A stretch of 64,000 bases of DNA from an uncultured bacterium (GCA_963843795.1 CAWJLW010000006.1:434001-498000), one strand, 5' to 3'; shown: positions 20,735 through 32,112, counted from the stretch's first letter. Notes: generated by a model not told the origin, from the letters alone. Made by a program: numbers and translations.

Positions 20735-22207
20735 TTACGAAAACGCGATAGTGATTACAGATTTAGCGGGTACATCAATTGTGATTTGACCGTTTTCAAT
20801 CGCACCAATTTCAAATTCTTGTGGCGCGATAGTTTCGGGTGCATCGAAAGTGTTGTGAGTATCCAACGCGTCGGCAGTCAAGATACGCGCCTTCACATTG
20901 GAAACTTCGATTCCACGCAGCGAAAGCTGCAGTTGCGCGCTATCAGTCGGATGCAAATTGGTGATACCAACGTTCGTGACACCATTCTTTTGCGACGCGG
21001 TTGCACTGAGATTGGGAATGGGATGAGTTTCGTGTTCAATTTCGGTGAAGTCGTTGTGCGTCGGCAGATACTGCGCGTCATGATGCACTTTATACATCTC
21101 GAAAACGTGATAAGTCGGCGTCAAGAGCATTTTTTCCTTGTCGGTCAAAATCATCGCTTGCAATACATTGATGGTCTGCGCGATGTTGGCCATGTGCACG
21201 CGGTCGGCGTGCTTATGGAAAATATGGAAGTTCAACGCGGCGACTAAGGCATCGCGCAGTGTGTTCTGCTGATACAAAAAGCCCGGGTTAGTACCTTCTT
21301 CCACATCGAACCAAGTGCCCCATTCATCGACGATTAATCCGACGCGCTTCAACGGATCGTAACGATCCATAATCGCACCATGACGAGTGATGAGTTCATC
21401 CATTTCCAGCGTTTTACCAAGCGTTGCAAACCATGCGTCGTTATCAAAACCGGTCGCCGCGCCTTTTTTGTTCCAATTTTCGGGAATTGTGTAATAGTGC
21501 AGCGAAAGACCGTCCATGAAACCACCGGCGCGATGCATCACGACTTCTGTCCACTGATAATCTTGCGCGTTCGGGCCACACGCGATTTTGTAAACGCGGT
21601 TATCACCGTAATTACGTGCGTAAGTCGAATATTGACGATACAAGTCGGCGTAGTATTCGGGGCGCATATTACCACCGCAACCCCAACTTTCATTACCAAT
21701 GCCCCAATATTTCAGAGGCCACGCTTTTTCGTGACCGTTTTGGGCGCGTTCATCGGCCATTGGCGAACCACCGGGATGTGTGACATATTCGACCCATTGG
21801 CTCAGCTCGCGCACCGTTCCGCTGCCGACATTGCCGCAAATATAAGGTTCGCATTCGAGCATTTCGCATAAATCGAGGAATTCGTGAGTGCCGAAATGGT
21901 TGTTTTCCGTAACGCCGCCCCAATGCGTATTAACAATTGAAGGTCGGCCTTCGCGTGGGCCAATGCCGTCCTGCCAGTGATACTCATCGGCGAAACAACC
22001 GCCGGGCCAGCGCAGGTTGGGAATATTGAGGTTTTTCAGCGCCGCAACCGTATCGTTGCGAATGCCGCGCGTGTTGGGAATTTCGGAATCTTCGCCTACC
22101 CAGAACCCCTCGTAAATACAGCGGCCCAAGTGTTCGGCAAAATGACCATAAATATGACGGCTGATCTCGTGCGTGCCCTGATCGGCATTAACTGTCAAGT
22201 GAAACAT
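20735..22207 (-). CDS. GH51 alpha-L-arabinofuranosidase
   Basis: [48 protein letters not shown]. Confidence 0.93.
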   Translation of the reverse strand: MFHLTVNADQGTHEISRHIYGHFAEHLGRCIYEGFWVGEDSEIPNTRGIRNDTVAALKNLNIPNLRWPGGCFADEYHWQDGIGPREGRPSIVNTHWGGVTENNHFGTHEFLDLCEMLECEPYICGNVGSGTVRELSQWVEYVTHPGGSPMADERAQNGHEKAWPLKYWGIGNESWGCGGNMRPEYYADLYRQYSTYARNYGDNRVYKIACGPNAQDYQWTEVVMHRAGGFMDGLSLHYYTIPENWNKKGAATGFDNDAWFATLGKTLEMDELITRHGAIMDRYDPLKRVGLIVDEWGTWFDVEEGTNPGFLYQQNTLRDALVAALNFHIFHKHADRVHMANIAQTINVLQAMILTDKEKMLLTPTYHVFEMYKVHHDAQYLPTHNDFTEIEHETHPIPNLSATASQKNGVTNVGITNLHPTDSAQLQLSLRGIEVSNVKARILTADALDTHNTFDAPETIAPQEFEIGAIENGQITIDVPAKSVITIAFS

Positions 22208-22393
22208 ATAACTCCTGAAATTTGGGATGTTTGAAGGATGCGTAATATCCACGCTGCATGCAAGTTTAGTAATAGGTTGCCTTGAAATTACAGGTGCAAG
22301 TACTTGCAAGGCATATTGGGCCTGTAGCTGCTCTAAAATGAAGTGCGCGCGGTCTAAATCGTGTTGCACAAACAAGGTTGATTGTTTTTTATT

Positions 22394-23617
22394 ATGCTCA
22401 CTCAGCTTTCCACCATTCGCAACGCTCAAGAGATCGTTTATCGCACGGCTTATCGCACGCCACTCTGGCACAGCGCAAGCATTTCTCGCATTGTGGGCGA
22501 CGCCGATTTGCAGTTAAAAATGGAGAATTTGCAGCGCACCGGCAGCTTCAAAATTCGCGGCGCAACTTATAAAATTTCCACCCTGACCGATGAAGAGAAA
22601 AAACTTGGCGTTGTCACAGCCAGCGCGGGCAACCACGCGCAAGGCGTTGCGCTCGCCGCGCGCGAAGCCGGTGTGAAGGCCACGGTTTGGATGTCGCGTT
22701 TTGCTTCTAACGCTAAAGTCGAAGCAACGCGCGATTATGGCGCGCATGTGATTTTGGAAGGCGATAATTTCGACGAAGCGGTCGCAGCGGCTCAAAAATG
22801 GTCACAGGAAAGTGGAGCCGTGTGGATTTCGGCTTATGACGACGAAGCCATTATCACTGGCCAAGGTACTCTGGGGTTAGAAATTCTCGAAGATTGCCCC
22901 AATATCGACACCCTTTTATTGCCCATCGGTGGTGGCGGTTTATTTAGTGGCGTAGCAACCGCGATTAAAACGCTACGACCCGAATGTCGCATTATTGGCG
23001 TGCAAGCCAGCGGCTGCGATAGTGCAGTGCGTTCGTGGCACGCAGGCGCACTTTTGGAACCTCCAAAGGCTGTGCAAACCATTGCCGATGGCATTGCGGT
23101 GAAAAGCCCGTCGCCCTTGACTTTCGCGCACATCCAGGCTTTTGCCGATGACATGGTCACTGTGAGCGATGCGAGCCTCGCGCAAGCCGTGATGCTGCTT
23201 TTGACGCGCGCTAAATCCATCGTCGAACCTTCGGGCGCGGCCAGTTTGGCGGCATTGTTGGAACAACCACAATTGGCGCGCGGCAAAACTGTGGCGTTGC
23301 TGTGTGGAGGTAATATCGACTTGCGCGTGCTATCCGATTTAATCGAACGCGGTTTGTCCAGTTCGGGTCGCTATCTGCGCTTATGGACGAGTTGCGCCGA
23401 CCGTCCCGGCGGTCTGGCCGCGCTTCTGGCAGTCGTCGCTCAAGGCGGTGGCAACGTGATTGAAGTTACGCACAACAGGCTGGCGCGCGGTCTACCGTTC
23501 GACCAAACCGTGATCGAAATGCTTGTTGAAGGACGCAATCAGCAACATCTTGATGAAATCAAACACACGCTCGAAACGCGCGGCTACACTCTGTGGCTGC
23601 CACGCGATGGCGATTAG
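22394..23617 (+). CDS. ilvA: Threonine ammonia-lyase with C-terminal ACT domain
   Basis: [19 protein letters not shown] motif, [24 protein letters not shown] domain. Confidence 0.9.
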   Translation: MLTQLSTIRNAQEIVYRTAYRTPLWHSASISRIVGDADLQLKMENLQRTGSFKIRGATYKISTLTDEEKKLGVVTASAGNHAQGVALAAREAGVKATVWMSRFASNAKVEATRDYGAHVILEGDNFDEAVAAAQKWSQESGAVWISAYDDEAIITGQGTLGLEILEDCPNIDTLLLPIGGGGLFSGVATAIKTLRPECRIIGVQASGCDSAVRSWHAGALLEPPKAVQTIADGIAVKSPSPLTFAHIQAFADDMVTVSDASLAQAVMLLLTRAKSIVEPSGAASLAALLEQPQLARGKTVALLCGGNIDLRVLSDLIERGLSSSGRYLRLWTSCADRPGGLAALLAVVAQGGGNVIEVTHNRLARGLPFDQTVIEMLVEGRNQQHLDEIKHTLETRGYTLWLPRDGD

Positions 23618-23627
23618 AAGATTTTGA

Positions 23628-23665
23628 CGCCAAGGCCTCTGCAAGTACTTGCAGAGGCCTTGGCG
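23628..23665 (+). terminator. 38-bp perfect palindrome after ilvA
   Basis: CGCCAAGGCCTCTGCAAGT|ACTTGCAGAGGCCTTGGCG. Confidence 0.6.
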
Positions 23666-23689
23666 CATCAGAAACTCAAAAGAGCCTCT

Positions 23690-25210
23690 ATGAAATTGCA
23701 CTTCGCCATTTTTTTCAGTGCCCTGTGGTTTTGTCACGCGTTCGCGTGCGCCGCCGAGCAGCCGTTGCAAATTTTCGTAGGTGGCGACGTTTTGTTGGGG
23801 CGTGGCATCGCGCGCACTCTAGATTCGCCGCATAATGCGCTGCAAAAATGGCGAAGTGCAATTTCCTCTGCCGATCTCGCTTTCTGTAATTTAGAGTGCG
23901 CTGTTTCCACCCAACGCCCGCATAGAAATACGCAGCTTTTAGCCACGCCCGACTCTTGCAAGTACTTGCAGCGCGCTGGAATCGACATCGTTTCGACCGC
24001 GAATAACCATGCACTCGATGCCGGCGAAGCAGGCGTGCGCATGACGCAATCAACGCTGTCGGATTTAAAAATTGTGTTTGTCGGTTCGCGTTGGAATTCA
24101 ACACTTTGGATGCCCTACCGCACGACTATTCGCGGACGACGCGTGGCGTGGCTGGCGGCTACGGCGTGGGGGCCGTTTCAAAATGGCAAGGCGCAAGTAC
24201 GACCGATTGCGGGCAGCGGTTTAATTGACCAAGTGCAGGCGCTTAGCCGAGCGGGCGAACTGGTTTTGGTTTCGCTGCACTGGGGCGTTGAATATTCCAA
24301 AGCGCCCAGCGAAGGGCAAAAACGAATTGCGCGGGCCTTGATTGATGCGGGCGCAAGCGCCGTCATCGGCCATCATCCGCACGTCGCGCAGCCGGTTGAA
24401 ACTTATCGTGGGCGTCCGATTTTTTACAGTCTGGGCAATTTTTTGTTCGACCAAACCAGGCAAAAGCAAAGTGGTTTGGCGGCAGTGATTGCAATTGATG
24501 AGAAGCGGCGTGTTTCGTGGCGGAGTTTTGAAGTGAAAAAGATCGCTGCAAGTACTGGCAGCGTTTCCACACCCGCTGATGAAACCCTCATTGCCCAACA
24601 TTGTGGCCACTTTCTCCTTAACGAAAAGCGTCCTCAAATTTTAACGTGGACAAAGCTCAAAAGTGGCCTGCATCATTTGCGTTTGTTAACGAAAAATGGC
24701 GAGGCTTGGCGCGTAATGGCGCAAGGCTTTCATGCGAATATTTGGGATTTACAAATTGGCGATATCGATGGTGATGGGCGCGACGATATTGTAGTTGGCT
24801 TGTTTCAGCGTGCGAAATTGGACACGCAAATCAAGCGACGCTTGCATATTTACGATGTGAATTTTCAAGGCGGTTTTCGTCCCAAATGGCGCGGCAGTGC
24901 ATTGAGCCGTCCGTTTCGCCAGTTCGTGCTGTTGCCCAACGGCAAAGGCGTTGATGTGGTGAGCGTGGAGAACAATCCGTTGCCAGAATATCGCGGCTTT
25001 GAATGGATCGCAGTTTATCGTTGGAACGGCTTCGGTTTACGCCTGATTTGGGACACGCCGGTGCGCGGTGTTATCAGCGAATTGCAAAGCGGAAAAGATG
25101 CGCACGGTGTATTTATCGGCTTTCGCCAGAAAGCCGATAATTTGAATCGCACCTTAGCCTTGCGCATGAGGCACAATGAAAAGGGGGAAATTAGTTTTTA
25201 TGCTGAATGA
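23690..25210 (+). CDS. CapA/PgsA-family metallophosphatase-like protein with C-terminal FG-GAP-like domain
   Basis: GDV, NLE, ANNHALD, HWG, GHHPH, YSLGNF motifs; DIDGDGRDDI; signal peptide. Confidence 0.82.
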   Translation: MKLHFAIFFSALWFCHAFACAAEQPLQIFVGGDVLLGRGIARTLDSPHNALQKWRSAISSADLAFCNLECAVSTQRPHRNTQLLATPDSCKYLQRAGIDIVSTANNHALDAGEAGVRMTQSTLSDLKIVFVGSRWNSTLWMPYRTTIRGRRVAWLAATAWGPFQNGKAQVRPIAGSGLIDQVQALSRAGELVLVSLHWGVEYSKAPSEGQKRIARALIDAGASAVIGHHPHVAQPVETYRGRPIFYSLGNFLFDQTRQKQSGLAAVIAIDEKRRVSWRSFEVKKIAASTGSVSTPADETLIAQHCGHFLLNEKRPQILTWTKLKSGLHHLRLLTKNGEAWRVMAQGFHANIWDLQIGDIDGDGRDDIVVGLFQRAKLDTQIKRRLHIYDVNFQGGFRPKWRGSALSRPFRQFVLLPNGKGVDVVSVENNPLPEYRGFEWIAVYRWNGFGLRLIWDTPVRGVISELQSGKDAHGVFIGFRQKADNLNRTLALRMRHNEKGEISFYAE

Positions 25211-25263
25211 AAACAAAATGTCGCCCAGCAAGTACTTGCAGCGTTGATTAAAGGAAACACGCC

Positions 25264-28200
25264 ATGAAAACCAAATTTTGTCGCGTCGCATCATTGGTAA
25301 TTGCCGCCCTGAGTTTTGTCCTCGCGCCGGTACACGCCGCGCCCTTAAATTTAAACGCGCTTGGCTCAGGCATCGCCAACGCGCAATTATCGCCCGATGG
25401 CGCACGCGTCGTTTATCAAAAGAAAACGGCACAAGGCTGGCGCATTTATACCGCGCGCAGCGATGGCAGCGGGCAAAAAGCCTTGAGCAACGGGCCGAGA
25501 AACGATGTTGAACCATCGTGGCGCGGCGATGGCGCGTTGATCGCTTTCGCTTCCGAGCGCGGCGGCAATTACGATCTTTACGCGGTGCGGCCCGATGGCA
25601 GTGGTCTGCGCCAAATCACTAAAACGGCAATTGACGAGCGTTCTCCGCAGTGGTCGCCGCGTCCGTTTGGTTTGTTCAAGCCCGATGCGTATGCTGTCAC
25701 TGATCATGGCGTGATGGGACGCAAGAAAAGCGATATCGGGCCGGGCGAACTAAAATTGCTGGAAATGTTGGCTAAAGGCGATTCCGGCGAAGATAGTTGG
25801 GAAGATTACAAAGCGAAATTTGATCTCAAAGCCGTGAAGCGTTACTATAAGCTGCTTTGCGTTGAGGGCAGCGGCGATAAGCGCCTCATTGCCACGATGC
25901 GCGACGATGGCAATTTGCGCCAAACGCTAAATACGGGAATGCCGGGCGCACATCTCAATCCGAGCTGGGAACGCAGCGATCGCGCTATCGCGTTTTCGCG
26001 CCGGGTCGGTAATCAAACGGCGATTTATCGCGCCGATTATCCCAACACCAGCGATTTGAATTATGGACAGGGAACGCTCAAACTGGGCATCGACTTGCCA
26101 CAGTGGCGCAAATCTATTCAACGTTTGTATCTGGCTCCAATGGTAAACGTGAATTTGAATTGGACTCCCAACGGCGAATATGTCGCCGTCGCAGTGGGCC
26201 GTGAACTGCGCTTATTATCACTGCCCAATTCTGGTCTGGCGACTTTGACTGCGAAAAGCAACGCTGAAATCGCGCCTTATGGATTGAATTGGTTGAACGA
26301 TGGCAAAACCGCATTAGTGACCAACACCAGCTTGAAATTACAAACCGTGAAAGTCGAGAATCCTTTGTTGGACGTGATGAACATCCGCGACTTTGGCGAT
26401 GAAATCGAAGCGCGCGACCGTTATTTGTTGGCGCGCAATTCATTCGTGGCAGCGGGGCCGCCGCGCAAGCAGATGTATCACGTTTATGAAGAAACCGATT
26501 ACGAAGATTTGCCGATTTTCGTCACGACCGATTCGCTCCTGCATCTCAACCATTTGATTTTTGATTACTTATTGCGCGGCGTCGAAACCGAGCATTTGAT
26601 GCCCGAAGTCATCGCGCTTTCGCAGCATTACTTGCAAAGTTCGCTGGCGCAGATGAACTTGACGACGAATCCTCAAGTGAAAAGCGCCGCGCGTGGCAAC
26701 GCCGCCTTTTTCGCCGTCGCCGCGCGCCTGGCGATGGGCGCAGTGAAAACCGGCGAACTGTCGGAATCCGCGCCCAGCAATGACGACCCCTTGAGCGCCG
26801 ACCGCGCCACATTGCGCGCGCGCACGATGCAAAAGCAAAACGCGCTGCTCAAAGAATGGACAACGCCGCTGCAAAGTACTTTGGACGCGCTACCCGCCGA
26901 TATCAAGCAGTTGGCCGAGCAGGAATTGAAATTGATTGCGGCGCACGGCGGCATGGCAAACAGTCCGATTTTCGGCGGCGAATTAACCGGCGTCGGCGAC
27001 CCTGACGCGCCTTTGGTTGATACGCGCATTGATTACAGCGATTTCATTCCTCGCGGCCATTATTCGCGCTCGGAGATTTTGCGTCGTTATTTTCTGGTCA
27101 CGCGCTGGCTTTCGGGTGCGCCGTTTCGCCCCAACGCCGATGGTTCACGGCGTGCGCTGCTCATCATGAGCGCGACCAATCCTCCAACGCAAACGCGCTT
27201 GACTCGCGTGTTAAACGTGATGAGCGTCTTTGTCGGTGACGCCGATGACGCCGATATGAAAAGCTACGCGCCCATCGCGCAAAACGTGTTCGGCGGCATA
27301 CCCGGCATCAACAATTTGGCCGATGAGAACAAAATTGCTGCATTTGTGACTCAAGCCGCGAATTTGCCGCAACCGCGCATCGCGGCCAGTCGCGGCGGGG
27401 CGTTTCGTTTTCTGCCGCAGCCGTATACGCTGGACGCTGAAATCATGCAGAACATGACTTATGACCGCAACCCGCCGGATGTGGGAACAGAATTGCAACC
27501 ACGCTATTTCGCGCTGGGTTTGGATGTAATGGGCGTTTTAGGTTCAGATCGCGCGCGCGCGATTTTGGAGAATACTAAGTTCGGCGGCACGTTTTTCAAT
27601 TTCGATCTCAAAGAAACCGAATACGCCAATTACAATCCGCAATTTCAGGCCGAACGTGCGCATGTTCATTCGATGAGCGCAGCCGAATGGAATCGCAATT
27701 TGTATACGCGCACCTTGCATTCGATTTTGCCCTTATTACAGCCGACTAAAAGCGCATATAAATTCACGCAAAATCAGGCGTGGACGGACAAAAATCTCAA
27801 CACGGCGCTGGGAACGTGGGCGGAATTGAAACACGACACGATGCCGAAAATGCCGGTCGCTATTGAAGCTGGCGGCGAAGGCGGTCTGAGCGAAGCGCCG
27901 CTGTGGGAACAACCGCGCGGCGCGATTGAACCCGCACCGCTGGTTTATCAGCGCTTGGGCGAATTGGTCGCTGCCGAACGCGCCGCATTGCAAAGTGCGG
28001 GTTATCTTTCGGCGGATAGAAAACAGCGTTTGGACACGTTTTCGGCATTATTGACGATGATTGCCAAGCTGGAAAAGAAACAAAGCACGGGCGCGGCGTG
28101 GAGCGCGACGGAAATCGAGCAACTGCGCTTTTATGGCGCGTATCAAGAGCACCTTACTTTCGTTACCGCTGAAGGCGAAGGCGGTTCCATGGAAGCCAAT

Positions 28201-28488
28201 GATATGGCGATTATCGCCGATGTCGCTATGGCCTATTCGACGGTTTTGAACCAGCAATTGGTGTTACAGGAAGGCGTCGGGCGCGCGTTACCGATTTATG
28301 TGGCAATTGAGCGCAATGGACGGCGCGAATTGGCGCGCGGCGCGATTTTTTCGTATTACGAATTCACCCATCCCGCCGAAGATCGTTTGACGGATGAAAA
28401 ATGGCGCGAAGTGTTGGATGGCGATAAGGCGCCGAAATTACCGGAATGGACGAAAAGCTTTGTTTCGCGCGTGGGCGCGAGCAATTGA
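25264..28488 (+). CDS. DUF3160-domain protein with N-terminal TolB/PD40 beta-propeller repeats
   Basis: SPDG, IAFASER.GN.DLY repeats; PIFVTTDS.LH, DYS.F.PRGHY, GTWAELKHDT, IIADV, G.IFSYYEF, RLTDE.W. Confidence 0.8.
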   Translation: MKTKFCRVASLVIAALSFVLAPVHAAPLNLNALGSGIANAQLSPDGARVVYQKKTAQGWRIYTARSDGSGQKALSNGPRNDVEPSWRGDGALIAFASERGGNYDLYAVRPDGSGLRQITKTAIDERSPQWSPRPFGLFKPDAYAVTDHGVMGRKKSDIGPGELKLLEMLAKGDSGEDSWEDYKAKFDLKAVKRYYKLLCVEGSGDKRLIATMRDDGNLRQTLNTGMPGAHLNPSWERSDRAIAFSRRVGNQTAIYRADYPNTSDLNYGQGTLKLGIDLPQWRKSIQRLYLAPMVNVNLNWTPNGEYVAVAVGRELRLLSLPNSGLATLTAKSNAEIAPYGLNWLNDGKTALVTNTSLKLQTVKVENPLLDVMNIRDFGDEIEARDRYLLARNSFVAAGPPRKQMYHVYEETDYEDLPIFVTTDSLLHLNHLIFDYLLRGVETEHLMPEVIALSQHYLQSSLAQMNLTTNPQVKSAARGNAAFFAVAARLAMGAVKTGELSESAPSNDDPLSADRATLRARTMQKQNALLKEWTTPLQSTLDALPADIKQLAEQELKLIAAHGGMANSPIFGGELTGVGDPDAPLVDTRIDYSDFIPRGHYSRSEILRRYFLVTRWLSGAPFRPNADGSRRALLIMSATNPPTQTRLTRVLNVMSVFVGDADDADMKSYAPIAQNVFGGIPGINNLADENKIAAFVTQAANLPQPRIAASRGGAFRFLPQPYTLDAEIMQNMTYDRNPPDVGTELQPRYFALGLDVMGVLGSDRARAILENTKFGGTFFNFDLKETEYANYNPQFQAERAHVHSMSAAEWNRNLYTRTLHSILPLLQPTKSAYKFTQNQAWTDKNLNTALGTWAELKHDTMPKMPVAIEAGGEGGLSEAPLWEQPRGAIEPAPLVYQRLGELVAAERAALQSAGYLSADRKQRLDTFSALLTMIAKLEKKQSTGAAWSATEIEQLRFYGAYQEHLTFVTAEGEGGSMEANDMAIIADVAMAYSTVLNQQLVLQEGVGRALPIYVAIERNGRRELARGAIFSYYEFTHPAEDRLTDEKWREVLDGDKAPKLPEWTKSFVSRVGASN

Positions 28489-28549
28489 ATACCTACCGCG
28501 TGCTGCAAGTACTTGCAACATACTTTTCGTGTTGTAACTCATTTTCATC

Positions 28550-30091
28550 ATGATGTCTTCTCCGCCAGCCTCCGCGCCACAGCGCACCGCGATTATTGAT
28601 TTGGGTTCTAACACCGCGCGTCTGGTGGTGATGCGTTTTGTGCCCGGCTTTAGCTATCATCTCGAAGATGAAATCCGCGAAATCGTGCGTTTGCGCGAAG
28701 GCATGACAGAGCAAGGCTTGAGCGAAGCGGCGATGATGCGCGGCCTGTTCACGCTGCGTTTATTCAAGCGCTTCTGCGACAGCATTCAGGTGTCGCAAAT
28801 CATCGCTACGGCGACCAGCGCGGTGCGCGAAGCGGCTAACGGCGCAGAATTTCTCCGACGCGTCGAAGAGGAAGTCGGTTTGTCTCTGCGCTTATTGAAC
28901 GGCGAAGAGGAAGCGCGGTTCGGAGTTTTGGGCGCGCTCAATGCCGTCGATTTGCACGATGGCGCGGTTATCGATATCGGTGGCGGCAGCGCTCAACTGT
29001 CTCAAGTGCGCGAACGGCGATTTGCGCGCGGGCAGGCGCTGACATTAGGTGCTCTGGCACTCACCGAACGCTTCGTGCAGTCCGATCCGATTAAAAAGAA
29101 AGAAATCAAGGCCGTCGAAGCCGAAATTGCGCGCCAGCTGGACGAAGTGTCGTGGCTGCAAAATGAGCGCGGTCACTTAGTTGGTTTGGGCGGCACGATT
29201 CGCAATCTGGCTAAAATCGAGGCCGCACGACTCGATTTTCCTTTGCCTAATATCAACGGCTTTCATTTGCAGCGCGCGGCGCTGGACACCACAATTAACG
29301 AACTCATCCAACTGCCGTTGGAAAAGCGACGGCGCATTTCCGGTCTGGCGCGTGACCGCGCCGACATCATTTTGCCCGGCGCGCTCGTTTTGCGCGCTGC
29401 AATGCAACGTTTGGATGTTTCGGAACTGGCAATTTCCGAATATGGCCTGCGCGAAGGCTTGTTTTTCGAGCATTTTCGGCGTGATTTGCCCGGCCATGTC
29501 GCGTCCGATTTACGTTTGTTTGCCGTCTTGAACCTGGCGCGTTTTTACGATTTTCAAGAGGCGCACGCAAGTCATGTGCGCCATCTCACGCAGCGGCTTT
29601 TCGATCAGTTGGCGTCGCTGCACGGTTACGGCGCGCCCGAACGCGAACTGTTGAGCGCTGCTGCGCTGCTGCACGACATCGGCATGGCGATCAAATACAA
29701 CGACCACCACAAATATTCGCAAACCCTGATTTCCAGCAGCGCGCTACCTGGCTTTTCTCCACGCGAGGTTGCTATTATTGCGCTTCTGGCGCGTTATCAT
29801 CGTAAAGGCACACCCAAGAGCGGAGATTACGAATCGCTACTGGATGAAGGCGACGACCTTCGCTTGTTGAAATTGTCGGCGCTGTTGCGTTTGGCAGAAT
29901 ATCTGGAGCGAGGTCGCGCCGCTTTGGTAAAGGACATTTCGGTGCGATGGGATGACAAGAATCTTTATTTAACTTTAATTTCTCATGAACATCCTGCGGT
30001 CGAATTGTGGGAGGCCAGCCGCAACGGAGCCGATTTAATGGAGCCCGCTTTTGGGCGCACGGTCGTGTTGGATAGCCACATGGTAGATTAG
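28550..30091 (+). CDS. ppx: Exopolyphosphatase / pppGpp phosphohydrolase (Ppx/GppA) with HD domain
   Basis: IDLGSN, ATSAVREA.NG, DIGGGS, GLREG, LLHDIG. Confidence 0.9.
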   Translation: MMSSPPASAPQRTAIIDLGSNTARLVVMRFVPGFSYHLEDEIREIVRLREGMTEQGLSEAAMMRGLFTLRLFKRFCDSIQVSQIIATATSAVREAANGAEFLRRVEEEVGLSLRLLNGEEEARFGVLGALNAVDLHDGAVIDIGGGSAQLSQVRERRFARGQALTLGALALTERFVQSDPIKKKEIKAVEAEIARQLDEVSWLQNERGHLVGLGGTIRNLAKIEAARLDFPLPNINGFHLQRAALDTTINELIQLPLEKRRRISGLARDRADIILPGALVLRAAMQRLDVSELAISEYGLREGLFFEHFRRDLPGHVASDLRLFAVLNLARFYDFQEAHASHVRHLTQRLFDQLASLHGYGAPERELLSAAALLHDIGMAIKYNDHHKYSQTLISSSALPGFSPREVAIIALLARYHRKGTPKSGDYESLLDEGDDLRLLKLSALLRLAEYLERGRAALVKDISVRWDDKNLYLTLISHEHPAVELWEASRNGADLMEPAFGRTVVLDSHMVD

Positions 30092-30096
30092 TGCAG

Positions 30097-31326
30097 TTAA
30101 TCTTTTTGGAAAAGCACTAGGCTGGCGGCCAACAAAGAAATCGCTGCCGTCCAAACCAGCGATGCTTTCAAGCCGTAATTGTCGGAAAGAATGCCCGAAC
30201 CCAGAGGCCCTAAACTTTGCCCTACGGCAAAAATTATAGTGGCGACAGCAATGCCAAGATTCCAGGTCACGACGGGTAAATGACGACGAATCAAAACGGT
30301 GATTGCTGTCACCACCGCCATCGAAGCCAACCCGAATAGCAGAGCGGAGCAGAGCAGCACTGGCAGCGCTTCAGAAAAGAGTGGCAACAGCGCGCCGATG
30401 GCGGTTAAGGTCAGCATCAGCGCCATTGGCCTGCCTCCGCGCCATTGTGCCAGAGGAATGCGCCATAGCGGGCCACTGGCGATCATTGCTACGCCCAGAG
30501 CCGTCCACACCGAAGTTACGAGGCCGGTCGAAGCACCCTGCGCTCGCAGATAAGCGATGAGAAAGGTCATGTAGGCGATATACCCCAAGCCAAAGCCAAA
30601 GTAGCCTATCAGACCAAAGCGTATAGCTTTCCAATCGGGACGGCTCGCTGGAGCGTCGGAAGCTGGGCGCATGACAATCGCATCAGCCAGAGCGCGCGAG
30701 GCAAACACAACCAGTGCTGTCCCCAGAAGCCCGATTCCAGCCAGAGCCAACCAAGCAATGCGCCACTGCGCGGCTCCCGCACCGTTCAAAAGTAGCGGCA
30801 GCCCAAGGCCACTCAACACCGTGCCGATTCCCGGTCCGCTAAAGTAAATTCCCATTGCCAACACTGTTTCTGTTTCATTAGCGCCTAGGCGGGTTGATAA
30901 TCCAGCACCGGCGATAAATGCTACGGCACCTGCTGTCCCAACCAGTGCGCGCGCCAGCAAAGCTAGCCCATAAACCGACCCCAATGACGAGAGCGCCAGA
31001 GTTGCCACGACAGCGAACAAGCCTCCCAGCAGGGCGCGCCGCGCGGACAAGCGCACGATCAAAGGTGCCGCAATCAGGGCGCCGAGCAAATAGCCAACAG
31101 CGTTTGCCGTATTGAGCCCACCAGCCTGAGAATACGTCCAGTGCAAGTCGGTGCGCATCGCGGGAAGAATGAGAGCGTAGGCGAAGCGTCCGAAACCAAT
31201 AGCTATTGCCGGAGCGAGACAAAGCCCCAACGCCAGTGGAAGGAAAGCCGCTTTGTACGGTTTTTCTGCAACTTCAACTAAAAGGTCGTTCTTGGCTGCG
31301 GCGACTGCTGGGTCGGTTTGGTTCAT
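30097..31326 (-). CDS. YbfB/YjiJ-family MFS transporter
   Basis: GFGRFAYALILPAM, N..GYL.GA, GLGYIAYMTF; about 12 TM segments. Confidence 0.85.
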   Translation of the reverse strand: MNQTDPAVAAAKNDLLVEVAEKPYKAAFLPLALGLCLAPAIAIGFGRFAYALILPAMRTDLHWTYSQAGGLNTANAVGYLLGALIAAPLIVRLSARRALLGGLFAVVATLALSSLGSVYGLALLARALVGTAGAVAFIAGAGLSTRLGANETETVLAMGIYFSGPGIGTVLSGLGLPLLLNGAGAAQWRIAWLALAGIGLLGTALVVFASRALADAIVMRPASDAPASRPDWKAIRFGLIGYFGFGLGYIAYMTFLIAYLRAQGASTGLVTSVWTALGVAMIASGPLWRIPLAQWRGGRPMALMLTLTAIGALLPLFSEALPVLLCSALLFGLASMAVVTAITVLIRRHLPVVTWNLGIAVATIIFAVGQSLGPLGSGILSDNYGLKASLVWTAAISLLAASLVLFQKD

Positions 31327-31383
31327 ACAATCAATTTCTTTCCTAGATTCAACGCTTTATTCCCAACCTTTAACCAGCGTTAT

Positions 31384-32112
31384 TTATACGCCAGCAAAAC
31401 ATCGGAGCGTATCAGCATTGCGCACCGCATTTCCATCGCCATCGTTGTTGAAGTAGGCCCAGACATCTTTGTCTCGGCCGTGCCATTCATGAATCCGTTC
31501 GGCCCACCAGCGCAGGTCGTTATCCGAATAGGAACCGCCATAAAGGTGATTCTCATCCGGTCCATGCAGGCGCACATAAACAAAAGACGCCGTCGCTTTT
31601 AGCACGCAGGGCAAGCCCGCTCCACTCATCACGCAGTAGGCGACATTGTGCTGCTCTAACAGTGCGTAAATTGCATCGCAATGCCAGCTGGGGTGGCGGA
31701 ACTCGATAGCGGTTTTTATATTCAGTGGAATCTGTTGGAGAAAATAGGCGAGCCGGGCATCGTCGCGTTCAAAGCCGGGAGCCAGTTGCACCAGCCAGAT
31801 GCCGAGCTTTTCGCCCAATCGTCTTAAGCCTCCGGTCATGCGCCGCGTCCATTGTTCCGGCTCGTAAAGTCGCTTGCTATGAGATAAGGCGCGCGAGGCT
31901 TTCACCGTCATACGAAAGCCCGCAGGCAAACGATTGTGCCACGAACGAAAAACGGCATCGGAGGGCCAGCGATAAAACGGACTGTTGACCTCAACTGTGT
32001 TGTAGCGGGCGACGCAACAAGCAAAGCGTTCCGGGCCGGACGCGCCATACGGATACAGCACGTCCTGCCAATGATCGTAGCTCCAACCTGAAGTGCCGAT
32101 ATAAATAGCCAT
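31384..32112 (-). CDS. DUF72 (YecE-like) protein
   Basis: IGTSGWSY..W, VEVNS.FY, EFRH.SW, YVRLHG, YFNND..G.A. Confidence 0.9.
   Translation of the reverse strand: MAIYIGTSGWSYDHWQDVLYPYGASGPERFACCVARYNTVEVNSPFYRWPSDAVFRSWHNRLPAGFRMTVKASRALSHSKRLYEPEQWTRRMTGGLRRLGEKLGIWLVQLAPGFERDDARLAYFLQQIPLNIKTAIEFRHPSWHCDAIYALLEQHNVAYCVMSGAGLPCVLKATASFVYVRLHGPDENHLYGGSYSDNDLRWWAERIHEWHGRDKDVWAYFNNDGDGNAVRNADTLRCFAGV

Noticed and set aside
23690..25210. Poly-gamma-glutamate capsule operon
   Set aside because: Only a CapA-family domain is present, with no capB or capC nearby.
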